64,000 bases of DNA from an uncultured bacterium (lineage in GTDB: Bacteria > Nitrospirota > Nitrospiria > Nitrospirales > Nitrospiraceae), in assembly GCA_965232965.1 (NCBI GenBank), contig CBDDRB010000021.1:223032-287031 (forward strand). The letters run 5' to 3'. The notes under the pieces are model-generated. The model searched no databases. It had not been told where the DNA came from and saw only the letters and a list, made by a program, of their open reading frames with translations. A program made the translations under genes and the position numbers. This document shows positions 10,706 to 20,338 of this stretch, one piece after another. How positions within the stretch are numbered: the first letter of the stretch is position 1; each line of letters opens with the position of its first letter.

Positions 10706-12199
10706 ATGGCACATCATTCTCTCAGACAGATCCAGGACATCAGCGCCCTGCTGAATTCGAGTCTCGATCATGCGACCATCCGTAAGCGTGCGATTGAAGC
10801 AGCCACTCTCTTGATGAATGCCGAAGCCGGTTCACTTCTCTTGTTGGAGGAAGCGACCGGAGAGTTGTATTTCGATGTGGCACATGGCGAAAAGAGCGAA
10901 GCTGTTCGCCAGGCTCGTCTCTTGCGCGGGCAAGGTATCGCGGGACACGTCGCGCGAACCGGAGAACCTCTTATCGTCAACAATGTCCAGCACGATGCCC
11001 GCTTCTTCCGCCATGTGGATCAAACCAGCGGATTCGTGACGCGCAGTATGGTCTGTGTCCCTGTCACGGCACATGGACGACTTCTGGGAGTGCTCCAAGC
11101 CATCAATCACAAGCACGGGGATGCGTTTGGTGAGGACGATCTCCAGAATTTCGTCGCGCTCGGTCATCAGGTCGGCATCGCCATCGAAAATGCCAATCTG
11201 TACGAGGAAATTCATCTCTTGTTCGAAGGATTTATTTCCGCCAGTGTGCAAGCCATTGAAAGCCGGGACCCAACTACCAGCGGGCACAGCCAACGTGTGG
11301 CCACCCTCACTTGCCGGTTGGCCGACGCTGTGTCTCAAACAGATTCCGGCCTCTACGCGGGCGTTCAATTTAACGAGGAACAACTCAAAGAACTTCGCTA
11401 TGCCGCCGTACTGCACGATTTCGGCAAAGTCGGCGTTCGTGAGCCTATCCTCCTCAAAGCACGGAAGTTGTATGATCTCCAGCAGGAGGTGATCAAATCG
11501 CGATTCGATTTCATCAAGAGAACTCTGGAGGTTGACGCGTTACGCCGGAAGCTGGAGATACATGAAGCTAGGATTGGAGGAAAAAAACACACGTTGTTGA
11601 CACAACTTGACCGGCAACTGGCCCAGCAGACGAAGGAAGTGGATGAGATGTTTTCGTTCGTCTTGAAATGTAACCAGCCGAGTCCTCAATCCTCTGCCGA
11701 GGTTGTGAAGTTGAAGGAGATTGCGCAGCTGGAATACCGATCTTACGATGGGCCCCGTCCTTTTTTGACGGAGGCGGAAGTTGACGCGCTCTCGGTTCTC
11801 CAAGGCACACTCACCCAGTCCGAACGAAAGGAGATTGAGCGGCACGTGGCTCACACGTTTGAATTCCTGTCAAAAATCCCCTGGTCGAGATCGCTCAAAA
11901 ACGTGCCGTCGATTGCGTGGAGTCACCATGAAAAATTGGACGGAAGCGGTTATCCTCGCGGGCTGCTGCACAATCAGATCCCACTACAGGCGCGCATGAT
12001 GACGATTTGCGATATCTACGACGCATTAACCGCGTCGGACCGGCCCTACAAAGCGGCTGTTACTTCTGATGCTGCGCTCGGTTATCTCGAGAACCAAAGC
12101 AAGGAAGGAAAGCTAGATTCGGAGCTCGTGAGCGTCTTTACGGAAGAAAAAGTCTACCACGTCACCCAGCCTCGTTCGAAGACCCGTAAAATAGCCTGA
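10706..12199 (+). CDS. GAF domain - HD-GYP domain protein (predicted cyclic-dinucleotide phosphodiesterase)
   Basis: GAF at the N-terminus. HD motif 'AAVLHDFGKVGV' and 'HHEKLDGSGYPRGL' (GYP) at the C-terminus. Confidence 0.9.
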   Translation: MAHHSLRQIQDISALLNSSLDHATIRKRAIEAATLLMNAEAGSLLLLEEATGELYFDVAHGEKSEAVRQARLLRGQGIAGHVARTGEPLIVNNVQHDARFFRHVDQTSGFVTRSMVCVPVTAHGRLLGVLQAINHKHGDAFGEDDLQNFVALGHQVGIAIENANLYEEIHLLFEGFISASVQAIESRDPTTSGHSQRVATLTCRLADAVSQTDSGLYAGVQFNEEQLKELRYAAVLHDFGKVGVREPILLKARKLYDLQQEVIKSRFDFIKRTLEVDALRRKLEIHEARIGGKKHTLLTQLDRQLAQQTKEVDEMFSFVLKCNQPSPQSSAEVVKLKEIAQLEYRSYDGPRPFLTEAEVDALSVLQGTLTQSERKEIERHVAHTFEFLSKIPWSRSLKNVPSIAWSHHEKLDGSGYPRGLLHNQIPLQARMMTICDIYDALTASDRPYKAAVTSDAALGYLENQSKEGKLDSELVSVFTEEKVYHVTQPRSKTRKIA

Positions 12200-12213
12200 T
12201 CGCGCCGTTCTCA

Positions 12214-14463
12214 TCAGCCTGCGCTGGCTTCACGTTCTCCGTACCCTGCGTCCCCAGCCTGAACTTCCACTGTGTAAGCTCCTACCGGCTCTTGCCGTCC
12301 TTTGACGGTCACGATCTGAAGCTTTCTCAGCCGGATGTTGTCGATTCCACGACGTGGCACGTCCGGTGTTTCCTGGTCCAGCCATGATGCGAGTTTTGAT
12401 GCCGTGAACTCCGTCAGTAGAATCGAGTGGCCCAACGTTCTGGTCAGTCCCTGGAAGCGCGCGGCCAGATTCACCTGATCGCCGATCATGGTGTAATCCA
12501 TTTTCTTTCCTTCGGCGCCGATGTTCCCCACCAGGGCCACACCTGTGTTGATGCCGATCCCGTTCCTGAGTATCGGCTTTCCTTTGATTTTCCATCTGCC
12601 CTGCAAGTCTATCAGCCGAGCCTGCATTTCAAGCGCGCATTGTATGGCAAGTCTGGCATGGTCCGGCTGGTTCAGCGGCGCACCCCAGAAGACGACAATC
12701 TCGTCCCCGACGAATTTGTCCAATGTCCCGTTCCATCGGAAAATCACGTCAGTCATAGCACTGAGATATTCATTGAGCTGATCGACCACGTCTTCTGCGG
12801 GACGATGTTCACTGAATGTGGTGAATCCGACCAGGTCGGAAAACAGCATGGTCAACTCTTTGCGCTGCCCCCCTAACGTCGCCTTCGAGGGAGATTTCAT
12901 GAGTTCCTGTACGATTCGAGGGCTGACGTAATTGGCAAACATGGAATGAATCTCTCGAGCCTGCCGCTCCTTGAGGACATAGTTGAGGATTGTCGTCACT
13001 AAGAAAACTGACATGATGGTCATGGTCGGCATGACAATGGGTACACAGATTCCCTTTATGACAAATACCTCCTGCGCAACACCCGCGTACCCGATCCAGG
13101 TTGTTGCCATCAGAATCGTTCCATGTAGGGGGCGCATTCGGGGTAGGATGAACGTCAACACGAATCCGAAGAGCAGGACCAGGGCCAATTCAACAGGACC
13201 GGTCCAGAGTCCGGTGGTCAGAAACCGTTGATGAAGAATGTTTTCGATCACTGTGGCATTCTTTTCGACTCCAGAAAAATTGGCGGAGAAGGGTGTACTG
13301 AGCTGATCGTATGTTCCCAACGCAGCCGTTCCAACAAGAACGGCCTTCCCCTTGAAAAGGTCCGCTGAGACTCGATGGTGAATCACATCGGTTGCGGACA
13401 CCCAAGGAAACCGCAGATCCCGTCCCGCGTAGTTGATGAGCATCCGCAGCTTCTGATCCGTCGGTACGATGGTGGCGCCGGCTTGCGCTCCCTCCCCAAG
13501 CAGGAGCGCCATGCGTTCTCTGGGCAGGCCGAGGTAAACGCGCGCGACTTCCAGCGCAAAAGAGGGATAATAGGCATCCCCGTAGCGCAGGGCGAGCACC
13601 TCACGACGGGTGATGCCATCGTGATCGGGCAACCGGTAGACATGCCCAAGGCCCTTCGCCTGTTGTGCGAACGCGTCGAGCGGAGGAAGCAGGGTCGTCG
13701 CAGCATAGGGATGAGACTCTTCAGCAGACTTCGTCTGCTTGACGAGCATGAACTCACTTTTGAGAAGGTATTCAGGAACGGAACGGCTGGTCTCAGGCAA
13801 TGAGTCGGCCGTTTGGCGCTCGGGCACGAAAAAGGGTATGGCCAGCACGATTTCGCCTGCTCGCGCTACACTCCTGGCAAATTGTTGATCGGTGTCTAAC
13901 GCGTGGAGATGTGCCTCCAACGGTCCGAACGTGTCGTTGGCCCTTGGATCTTTCTGTCGTGCCTCGGCCAGCCATGTCTTGATGTCACGGACAGTTCCGG
14001 ATTCTTCCGGTTCGGCGTAGATGATGTCGAGACCGACCACAGCAGGCTTACCCGAGTGAATCTGATCGATGAGACGCGCTTGCGTATCGCGGGGCCAGGG
14101 CCATCGTCCAATCTCTTTAAGGCTTTTCTCATCGACCAACACCAGCACGATTTCCTGTCCCGGACTTCGTTCGCCCCGCAACCGGAACTGATAATCCAAG
14201 GCGGTATTGTCCAGACGCACGACGACATTGGGAGCCAGCCACGTCAGAAATGCGAGCCCGATCGTGACGACCAGGCCTAGGCTGATTCCGAGTCGAAACC
14301 CGAGTCCTGGGTTGATGTCTGCTGAGAAGTTCACGGGACGTGATCCAGTCTTCAATGCTTCGAAGTGGCTCTCTATTTCCTGGGTACTATTGTGCCTGGT
14401 TGTGTTGGAGGGACAAGACAATTTACAGAGTGCGCATAGTTCTCTAGCGGTCACCGACCACAT
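12214..14463 (-). CDS. CHASE2-sensor class III adenylate cyclase (membrane-bound)
   Basis: CHASE2 signature 'IVLVLVDEKSLKEIGRWPWPRD...VVGLDIIYAEPE', followed by 3 TM segments. The cyclase core contains 'LTMLFSDLVGFT', 'DKFVGDEIVVFWGAP' and 'MDYTMIGDQVNLAARF'. Start is uncertain: ATG at 14463 or TTG at 14508. Confidence 0.85.
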   Translation of the reverse strand: MWSVTARELCALCKLSCPSNTTRHNSTQEIESHFEALKTGSRPVNFSADINPGLGFRLGISLGLVVTIGLAFLTWLAPNVVVRLDNTALDYQFRLRGERSPGQEIVLVLVDEKSLKEIGRWPWPRDTQARLIDQIHSGKPAVVGLDIIYAEPEESGTVRDIKTWLAEARQKDPRANDTFGPLEAHLHALDTDQQFARSVARAGEIVLAIPFFVPERQTADSLPETSRSVPEYLLKSEFMLVKQTKSAEESHPYAATTLLPPLDAFAQQAKGLGHVYRLPDHDGITRREVLALRYGDAYYPSFALEVARVYLGLPRERMALLLGEGAQAGATIVPTDQKLRMLINYAGRDLRFPWVSATDVIHHRVSADLFKGKAVLVGTAALGTYDQLSTPFSANFSGVEKNATVIENILHQRFLTTGLWTGPVELALVLLFGFVLTFILPRMRPLHGTILMATTWIGYAGVAQEVFVIKGICVPIVMPTMTIMSVFLVTTILNYVLKERQAREIHSMFANYVSPRIVQELMKSPSKATLGGQRKELTMLFSDLVGFTTFSEHRPAEDVVDQLNEYLSAMTDVIFRWNGTLDKFVGDEIVVFWGAPLNQPDHARLAIQCALEMQARLIDLQGRWKIKGKPILRNGIGINTGVALVGNIGAEGKKMDYTMIGDQVNLAARFQGLTRTLGHSILLTEFTASKLASWLDQETPDVPRRGIDNIRLRKLQIVTVKGRQEPVGAYTVEVQAGDAGYGEREASAG

Positions 14464-14528
14464 GAACTGCGGCCCTTGGTTGACGTGAACCAGGGGCCGC
14501 AGAAGCAAAATCGGTCGTCAATCGACCG

Positions 14529-15911
14529 CTATGGCGTGAGTAGACCCAAGACGCCGCTGATAACCGGAGGAGGAGTGGCGAGTATCGTCGTCACGATAGG
14601 GGCAATAGGGGCCACGACCGGCGCGATGATTGGCGCCACTGGCGCCACAACCGGTGCGATGATTGGTAGGACCGGGGCAACGACAGTGGTGATGATGGGT
14701 GCCACTGGAGTCACAACGGCGGAGATGACGGGAGCGAGAGGCGCCACAATCGTTGAGACCAGCGGAGCGACAGGTGCTACGACTGTTGAGACTAGCGAAG
14801 TCACCGGGGCGACAACCGTTGAGACTACGGGGGCTAAGGGAGCCACGACCGTGGACCCAACAGAAGCGGTCCCCACAGAAAGGGATCCAACGGAAATGGT
14901 TCCGCCAGAGGTGGTCGTCGTGCCCACAGAGACAGGGCCCACCGTCAGGGTCCCGGTCGTGAGTGTCCCAGTCGTGCCGACAGTCGTTCCGCCCCGGTTT
15001 CCGACAAGAGATGCGGTGGAACGATTGGTTAGGGTTATCAGCGCCGTGACCAAGCGCGCATCGAGGTTCAGCGCCTGGAGCATTTGTGCCGGCAATTCAA
15101 CGAGAGGCGTTTCGCGCAGTGTCGTACGCTCAACGGCCACCAATGCCCGAGTGAGTCCAGCCACAGTAGATGCCGGAGTCGGCTCGGTTTTTTCGGTCAG
15201 GCGAATAAGTTTCGAGTCTTGATCGTGAATCGTCAGCTGTGTTGAGGCAATCTTTTTCTCGGCGGCCTTTACCGTCGATTCAGATTGGCCATTATCATTC
15301 GAGCCAATGTGATGCGGCAGGGGAGGCGACGGAGCTTGCCCTTCTTGGGCGATCGAGAAAAATCCTGGATCAACAGCAACGGTGATTCCGCCCGATGTAA
15401 AATCGACGCGCCCCTTCTCACCAATGTTGATTATGCCCGACTGTCCATTTTCGACCCATACGGTGAAATAGGTTCCCCGCGCTGCCGCGACAGCGGAGGG
15501 AGTATGGATCTCGAATCGAGAGCCATTCGCCTTGAACACCTTGCTTACCAGGGCACGCACTTGGCCTTGCATGAGCTTCACAATCGCCTGGCGGACATTC
15601 TTTTCCGGGTTGTAGATGTACTCGTCGATCTCCACCCGGCTGTTTTCTCCTACCGTCAGCATACTGTCATCTTGAAATAACGCCTTCGTGCGCGATTCGG
15701 CTTGGGTCTGAATCACATCTTTGAACCATACCTGGTCATGGAGCTTGACTGGAAGGACTCGATCCTCATCTAAGTGCGTGACATCGGCATGACCCATCAC
15801 AGCCGTGTAGAACCCGATTTCGTTTTTACCGCTCTCGGCTCCCACGGCAAGTGATGATCCAAATGCTAAGGGGAATGCGATGAGGCTTAAGAGCAGTCGT
15901 TGAGCAGTCAT
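14529..15911 (-). CDS. Secreted FecR-domain protein with a long low-complexity, tandem-repeat C-terminal tail
   Basis: Signal peptide 'MTAQRLLLSLIAFPLAFGSSLAVGA'. FecR-like block 'VWFKDVIQTQAESRTKALFQDDSMLTVGENSRVEI'. RBS 'gggagggg'. The C-terminal ~155 aa are G/T/S/V-rich, followed by about ten 11-residue V/A/P repeats. Confidence 0.8.
   Translation of the reverse strand: MTAQRLLLSLIAFPLAFGSSLAVGAESGKNEIGFYTAVMGHADVTHLDEDRVLPVKLHDQVWFKDVIQTQAESRTKALFQDDSMLTVGENSRVEIDEYIYNPEKNVRQAIVKLMQGQVRALVSKVFKANGSRFEIHTPSAVAAARGTYFTVWVENGQSGIINIGEKGRVDFTSGGITVAVDPGFFSIAQEGQAPSPPLPHHIGSNDNGQSESTVKAAEKKIASTQLTIHDQDSKLIRLTEKTEPTPASTVAGLTRALVAVERTTLRETPLVELPAQMLQALNLDARLVTALITLTNRSTASLVGNRGGTTVGTTGTLTTGTLTVGPVSVGTTTTSGGTISVGSLSVGTASVGSTVVAPLAPVVSTVVAPVTSLVSTVVAPVAPLVSTIVAPLAPVISAVVTPVAPIITTVVAPVLPIIAPVVAPVAPIIAPVVAPIAPIVTTILATPPPVISGVLGLLTP
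14532..14855 (-). repeat. In-frame tandem repeat, period 33 nt (11 aa, consensus about '(L/I)(V/I)(S/T)TVVAPVAP'), about 10 imperfect copies
   Basis: The translation reads 'VVSTVVAPVTS LVSTVVAPVAP LVSTIVAPLAP VISAVVTPVAP IITTVVAPVLP IIAPVVAPVAP IIAPVVAPIAP IVTTILATPPP VISGVLGLLTP'. The opposite strand shows the mirror 'GATTGAMIGATGATTGAMIG' periodicity. Confidence 0.85.
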
Positions 15912-16179
15912 TATTACCCCTCCCAGGTGAGAAGAGAGTCGTCCTCTGAGAATTCTCTCGCTTCTCGTATGGGCAGGAACTGTACCGGCATAGGAGATTC
16001 ATAATCGGGATTCGCACTCTTTCCAATCTATTGATTAGACAGACTTTCCCAAAGACGTACTCTTGAGGCCCCCTTCCGAAAGTGTTAATACTTTCGCCGT
16101 GTTATCAATATGCTACGCGACAAATTTCGTCGCTTCGGATGACAATTTGCGGCATCGACAGGAAGCGGATGGGTAGGGA

Positions 16180-17772
16180 TTAGAATCGGCTGTTGAGGGT
16201 GAGCGAAAAAATATTGCGGGCGTAGCTGAACACCGGGATATTGGATTCATCCCTCGTGTAGTTGTATTCCGCGGCAATCGAGAGCCAGTCAGTGAGGGGC
16301 CGGGCAATCGTGGCAGTGAAGAACATGACGTTATCGCGACGCACGGTTGTACCCCCGGCAGAAAAGGAATTCGGGTTGTCGTAGTTCATATGGTAGTAAT
16401 CGAATGCAAAGTTCGATTTCAACGTCCAGAAGTCCGGCACGCCCAAGCCGATGGAAAAACGATGCGCTTTGTAAGCCCAATCGGCATTGGTTTGCACGCC
16501 CGGCATTGCCACCGAAGGATTTCCGCCGCCTGTGCGATCTGTGTCGAACGTATAGCCCAGCCGTACATGGCCTGTCCCATTGGCGAAGTAGGCGTACTGC
16601 GTGACGCCCGCCAACCAGTTCTTCCCGTCCCTGAAAGAATTTCCAGTAAAGCGATCATCCTGGAAGTCTTTGTCTTGATACCGGAACTGGAGCTGGGTGA
16701 ACAGACTGTTGGTCTCTGCAAATGTAATGATTGGTTGCACGGCGTTGGAGAGTAGGAATGGATCCTGGCCGACACGGACATAGTCGAATGCATATTGCAG
16801 CCGTGCCGTCACTCTGCCAATTTGATGTTGCACGAATGCCGAAGGCGCATGGTCCTGGATGTCGAATGCCGAAAGTTTCTGATTAAGACTCTGATAAAAA
16901 CCGTATGTGATCCCTGCCGTCCACCCGGCAGTTTGAATCGGTCGGTATTCGCCGCGTGCATAGAATGTAGTGCGGAAATCGTCCTTCTGCGAGATACCCG
17001 TCGTTCCGCCTGGAGGTTGGGTTCCGATAGGAAGCAACACCACATTGGTATCGTACTGTCCGCTGACGCTCAGGTTCAGGTCCCACGGTCTTGGGCCCTT
17101 AGGCGGCGCGGTCCGTTGCTGCAGAATTTCCCGGGCGATTCGAGCGAGCTCCGACTCCGGTTCGCCTGAGGCGATTGCGGCTTCGAGTTCTTTCTGACCT
17201 TGGTCGGTCATTCCGCGCTCATAGTAGGACATCCCCGTATAATATCGAGCGGTCGGTGTGAGATCGGGGCTGAGGGCCATGGCTCGGGAAAACAATGCAG
17301 ACGACTGATTGAACGATTTCAATTCGTGCGAGACGACCCCCTGATAGAAATAGACGAGCGGATTGTTTGGATCGAGTTTCTGGGCCTGATCGAGCGCTGC
17401 CAGCGCCTCATGGTACTTCCCGAGGTGACATTGCGAAATGGCAAGTCCCAGCCAGGCTTGCGTGCGAGCAGGCTTCTTCATCGCCAGGTCGTGAAAGAGC
17501 GTTTCGGCTTCTCCATATTTTTTTAGGCGCAACAGCGTTTGGCCAAGATATTCGGTCGCCTCCGAGTCGTTCGGCAGGGCTTGATGCGCCTGTTCGAAGT
17601 GGTGGGCGGCCTGTGCATAATGTCCCCGGCCAAACTCTATGATGCCTTTTGAAATGTTGAAATCATAGGTTTCATTCGGTGCCTGCCCCCATGCCATGGA
17701 ATTGAGTACAAGGCTGATGATGCACAGACAGAGCGCGCAGTACCATTTGTGTAACCTGTGTCGCTGGCGCAT
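16180..17772 (-). CDS. Outer-membrane protein: N-terminal TPR domain plus C-terminal beta-barrel (Slam/DUF560-like architecture)
   Basis: Signal sequence 'LCLCIISLVLNSMAWG'. TPR-like helices ('AAHHFEQAHQALPNDSEATEYLGQTLLRLKKYGEAE...'). The C-terminal ~300 aa have alternating amphipathic strands and end in '...FSLTLNSRF' with a terminal Phe. Start is uncertain: ATG at 17772 or TTG at 17799. Confidence 0.7.
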   Translation of the reverse strand: MRQRHRLHKWYCALCLCIISLVLNSMAWGQAPNETYDFNISKGIIEFGRGHYAQAAHHFEQAHQALPNDSEATEYLGQTLLRLKKYGEAETLFHDLAMKKPARTQAWLGLAISQCHLGKYHEALAALDQAQKLDPNNPLVYFYQGVVSHELKSFNQSSALFSRAMALSPDLTPTARYYTGMSYYERGMTDQGQKELEAAIASGEPESELARIAREILQQRTAPPKGPRPWDLNLSVSGQYDTNVVLLPIGTQPPGGTTGISQKDDFRTTFYARGEYRPIQTAGWTAGITYGFYQSLNQKLSAFDIQDHAPSAFVQHQIGRVTARLQYAFDYVRVGQDPFLLSNAVQPIITFAETNSLFTQLQFRYQDKDFQDDRFTGNSFRDGKNWLAGVTQYAYFANGTGHVRLGYTFDTDRTGGGNPSVAMPGVQTNADWAYKAHRFSIGLGVPDFWTLKSNFAFDYYHMNYDNPNSFSAGGTTVRRDNVMFFTATIARPLTDWLSIAAEYNYTRDESNIPVFSYARNIFSLTLNSRF

Positions 17773-18266
17773 GGTGAGAGTCTTCTTGAATGGAGGCAAT
17801 AGACGAATGTCTTAGACCACAGTGCGTATGTACCGGGCAGCGTAACAAAGCCTGCGCATCAGTCAATGAATTGCAGGAATTCCCGCAATGCGGCTGAACT
17901 GTCTCGTGCGCGCCAGCCGGACTGCACCGCCTGACTATTAGGGTGCAGGAAAGTATGTTGTGTGAGCTGGAACAGAGCCGTTGGGGTTCCAGTATCGCGA
18001 CGCGCGAGCCGATAGGTCTTGAGAGGAACCAAGGAAGCGCGGTTTGGGAGTATAGGCGGATTCAGAGAAGTTCGGTGAAGGGATAGATCTTGCTGGTGTA
18101 TCTCAAGAGGGGTAAGCTACATTCAAATCAGGTCGACGAGCAAGAGACGCATGACAGTAACATTGGTGTTACGGCGCGCGGTGTCTCTTCATCGACGTAT
18201 TGATATCCCTCGCGCCCGTACCTGCAGATTCTTCTCTAAATCGTAAACTGTCTTTGGATCCCACTC

Positions 18267-19589
18267 ATGGAGAAGAAACAGGTCGTTATCATCGGCGGTG
18301 GTTTCGGCGGTTTGGCAGCCGCGCAGTTATTGCGTGATGTCGAGGTCCTGCTCATCGACCGCACCAATCATCACCTGTTTCAACCCTTGCTTTACCAGGT
18401 GGCCACTTCCGCGCTGTCCCCCGGGGATATCGCGTGGCCATTACGCACGATCTTTCGACGGCATCCGCATGTTCGCGTGCTCATGGATGAAGTCATAGCC
18501 ATCGATCGAGCGGCGAGACGCGTGCGGTTGCGGGAGAGCGCTCCGATCGCATTCGACGCCCTCATCGTCGCGCCTGGATCGCGGCACTCGTATTTCGGTC
18601 ACGACGCATGGGAGCAGTCTGCGCCCGGGCTTAAAACTCTGGCTGATGCAGTCTATCTTCGGGAAAAGATGTTGCTGGCATTCGAGGAGGCCGAACGACG
18701 GCGAATTGACACCGGCATGCAGGATCGACTGACCTTCGTGATCGTGGGAGGGGGGCCCACCGGTGTGGAGTTGGCCGGCGCGCTGGCGGAGATCGGACGG
18801 AGAGCCATGGGGCCGGATTTTCCAAACTTACGGCTTGCTGATCTGGCCATTCTGCTCGTGGAAGGTGGCCCGCGCATTCTGCCAGGATTCGACCCCGAAC
18901 TGTCAAGAAAAGCGGTGATGGCGCTCGAACGTAAGGGTGTCACGATCAAACTCAACAGCCCCGTGAGTGAGATCTGCGCCGAGGGCTTGGTAGTCGGAGA
19001 CGAATTCGTTCGGGCCACGAGTATCATTTGGGCGGCGGGCAACAAGGCGTCGCCGCTTCTCGCCTCCCTCGGAGTTCCTCAGGATGGGTCCGGTCGGATC
19101 AAGGTTCAAGGGGACCTGACAATCCCGGACGACCCCTGGGTTTTTGTCATCGGCGATGCTGCGCATTGTGCCGTCGAGGGAGGAGACGCTTTGCCGGGGG
19201 TTGCTCCCGTTGCCGTGCAGCAAGGCCGCTATGTCGCCAAGCTCATTCGTGGAAGTATCGCTTCGGACCAACGTCAGCCGTTTGTCTATGCAGATCGAGG
19301 CATGCTGGCGACCATCGGGCGTGCACAAGCCGTGGCCCAGTTTGGTCTCTTGCGCCTCTCCGGCCTGACTGCGTGGTTGGTGTGGTGCGTGGTTCATATC
19401 TTCCTGCTGATTGAGTTCCGCAGTCGTCTCAGGGTGATGTCGGAATGGGTCTGGTACTATCTCACATTCAAGCCGGGCGCAAGAATCATCTATACGTTGC
19501 AGCGTCGGTCCGGCGAAGAAGAACGCGTGACCTCGTCACGTCCCGTGGAGTCTGAGTCGAATGAAAAAACCCGAGTGGAGACGAAGTAG
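18267..19589 (+). CDS. ndh: Type II NADH:quinone oxidoreductase (NDH-2)
   Basis: Two dinucleotide folds ('VVIIGGGFGGLAAA' and 'FVIVGGGPTGVELAG') plus 'HLFQPLLYQVAT', characteristic of NDH-2. Confidence 0.9.
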   Translation: MEKKQVVIIGGGFGGLAAAQLLRDVEVLLIDRTNHHLFQPLLYQVATSALSPGDIAWPLRTIFRRHPHVRVLMDEVIAIDRAARRVRLRESAPIAFDALIVAPGSRHSYFGHDAWEQSAPGLKTLADAVYLREKMLLAFEEAERRRIDTGMQDRLTFVIVGGGPTGVELAGALAEIGRRAMGPDFPNLRLADLAILLVEGGPRILPGFDPELSRKAVMALERKGVTIKLNSPVSEICAEGLVVGDEFVRATSIIWAAGNKASPLLASLGVPQDGSGRIKVQGDLTIPDDPWVFVIGDAAHCAVEGGDALPGVAPVAVQQGRYVAKLIRGSIASDQRQPFVYADRGMLATIGRAQAVAQFGLLRLSGLTAWLVWCVVHIFLLIEFRSRLRVMSEWVWYYLTFKPGARIIYTLQRRSGEEERVTSSRPVESESNEKTRVETK

Positions 19590-19972
19590 GGGTGGCAGTA
19601 GATATACAAAACCCCGATAGCCGGTGTCTTATCACTATTGCATGGCAGCGAAGATCGGCTTCTCGTCGCACTGTGCTGTGTGCGATCTCTCGAACCTTAT
19701 GTCAAAAACCGTAATCTCAGCTCATCGCGTTTGACATCCCACTTCCTTCATTTGCTCCACCCATTGCCCTACGGCTACTCTTGCCAGCTTGACTCTGGCT
19801 CGATGGGGAGCGATGCTACGAGGGAATCCCGGAGGTGTGATATGAACCCGGGGTAGTTGGCTCCACCGCCGTTCAAGCTTATTGCCTTCCCCTCGTCCAA
19901 TTTTCTGGCTCCTCTCGGTCTTGCAGCTGCGAGGATATTGCTGTTTCTCCCCACTCACAAGGAGGGTGCATC

Positions 19973-20338
19973 ATGAAGACCTCTCGCGTGCTATTTGCTG
20001 TGTTCATCTGCATGCTGTTTTCGATTTCTCTAGTCTTGGCTAACCCGACGATGCTGCCAAAGCATCCGGGATATCCCATGGACAAGGCCGTAGATCCCGT
20101 CGCTGGGCAATCGCTCGCGAACGATCCAGGTCAATCCAATGCGACGGGAGAGAATTCATTGACCAATGCATCGGCGTTTGACGATGCTCACGTCAAGCAG
20201 AGTCTGTCGATCAATCAAAACGACGAGCGATTGTTGGAAAAGCCTGGAGCAGGGGTGTTGCCAACAGTTCAAGGGCCCAACATTAAGATTGAACCGCCCG
20301 TGAAGGAAGCAACGAAAATCGGTGCTTCGCCGCAATAA
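19973..20338 (+). CDS. Small secreted protein, mostly low-complexity or disordered; function unknown
   Basis: Signal peptide 'MKTSRVLFAVFICMLFSISLVLA'. RBS 'aaggaggg' upstream. No recognisable family. Confidence 0.5.
   Translation: MKTSRVLFAVFICMLFSISLVLANPTMLPKHPGYPMDKAVDPVAGQSLANDPGQSNATGENSLTNASAFDDAHVKQSLSINQNDERLLEKPGAGVLPTVQGPNIKIEPPVKEATKIGASPQ

Noticed and set aside
14476-15222. 248-aa plus-strand ORF with a striking 'GATTGAMIGATGATTV' periodicity; also considered as a CRISPR-like or non-coding repeat array
   Set aside because: It is the antisense mirror of the 33-nt coding repeat in the FecR-domain gene, which has a signal peptide, an RBS and a FecR domain. The repeats are contiguous with no unique spacers, so this is not a CRISPR array.
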